A stretch of 64,000 bases of DNA from Haplodiscus bocki. Lineage: Eukaryota. The notes under the pieces were generated by a model. The model saw only the letters and a list, made by a program, of their open reading frames with translations. It had not been told where the DNA came from and ran no database searches. Below are positions 62,651 to 64,000 of this stretch, piece by piece (within the stretch, counting starts at the first letter, position 1; each line of letters begins with the position of its first letter). The stretch lies in contig OZ296650.1 in NCBI GenBank assembly GCA_965655095.1, positions 71,796,001 to 71,860,000 of the forward strand, read 5' to 3'. The translations under genes were made by a program, and so were the position numbers.

Positions 62651-64000
62651 CAGCAGCAGCAGCAGATAAGTGATTTTGCAAGCATTTTCTTAACACTCAA
62701 TTATCATGACATTACAATCGGAAACGTTTTTTTCACAAATGAAAATAAATATATTCCCACGCATGATGGAACTATTTAAACTATTCCAATGAAGTGCAGA
62801 AAGAACTGTTTTTAATTTCTGCCAAATTTGCATGAACAACATTTGAGCACCAGTTCTAAAGCTTGTATCGATGTCGAGAAATTCAAGTTTTCTTCTTGTC
62901 TTCGCGAACCCAAATCGTTTATGGCACTAGCAGAGGAACCAACGAGCAGGTGCATTCATAGGCCCCGTTTACAAGAAAATGATTCGACTACTTGTGAGAA
63001 ACCAAAATTGCCAAGTCTCAGAATTTTGTATCTGTTGCCCTGCAAAGTTCGTTTCCAGCTTATAATCTTAATTGAGCGCTTAAAATATCTGTGTTTCATA
63101 TCATTTCATTTCACAATGTACAATGTTTCGGTTTTTTCTGCGACACAACCGGCTTTGGCAAGGCACTAAACCCTTTTTTTATGGTTTTCCGAAATTTGTT
63201 TTCAATCCGGTATTTTAGTCTATGAATTGTACATAAATCGTGTGAATTACACTGTTTTTAAGGTGTTGAAAATGTTTGCTTTTTGCTATATAGTTTGCCG
63301 TATAGGAAAATCATATTGCGTGCAAAAGTTTCTTGTCTTCGGTTCTAATTATTCAATTTACCTAAATATTCTAGTTATAGACCAATTTTTTTTGCGTTTG
63401 AAGTTGTTGACGTTCATTTTTCGTGTGGCATTCTAATATGAAAATTTTTCTAGCCAGAATGGCGAATGAATAAAAAGTAAAACATCTTTTTTCGGAAACG
63501 AATGTATTTGCTTTTCGCCTAATTCCGGTAAATTTGTTTCATTTTTTGGTTTTTGAGTATTTTTGGACCGAAACGGACTCCGGCATGTCTCTTACCTACG
63601 TCAATTACCAAGTTCTTGAAAATTTCGTCTCCCTACTTTTTTGGCCCCAAGTAACAGAGGTTTTTCTATCTTTTAGAACATTTCGATAAACCACAGCATG
63701 AACTTCAAAGATTTTCTACACGATAAAGTTTTGTAGAAAGAAATTGGTGACATCGAATCTTTTCATTTAAAACATTCTATTTTTTGTTGTTAGTTTCGCG
63801 TTTTTCCCTGAGCGAGGGCTTCATCCGCCGAATTTTGGTTTTTTAGGCATACTCCCTTTTGGTGAAAAGAGTAAAAACAGATACAGTTCCGGATCAATCT
63901 GTGAGGTATTCGGTGAATTTTAACGAGCTGTATTCTTTTGGACAAAAGTTTCAACAATCATCATTTTTTTGCTTTTTCTGGTCAGAAAGGATTTCGCAAG

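Noticed and set aside
1-64000. tRNA or rRNA genes
   Set aside because: None recognised by eye.

Overview
AT-rich, repeat-dense eukaryotic (probably invertebrate animal) genomic DNA. The main feature is a full-length but pseudogenised ~18 kb Polinton/Maverick endogenous DNA virus at 2585-20632. It has AGTAG...CTACT ends, ~0.65 kb TIRs and a perfect 6-bp TSD (TACTGT). It carries protein-primed PolB, integrase, packaging ATPase, major and minor capsid proteins, an adenain-type protease and a core protein. Its central accessory block hides a small gene missed by the ORF track (12349-12612, minus): a signal peptide followed by an EGF domain with the cysteine spacing and YxGxRC motif of ErbB/EGFR ligands. 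This is a candidate Polinton-encoded growth factor analogous to poxvirus growth factors. Downstream lie a ~3.3 kb tandem duplication containing a probable Penelope-like remnant, a much more decayed Polinton of a different lineage (~29.8-41.8 kb), the last coding exon of a host SLC17-type MFS transporter, two head-to-tail solo LTRs, and several DNA-transposon/MITE relics. All protein family calls come from reading motifs by eye; no database search was run.
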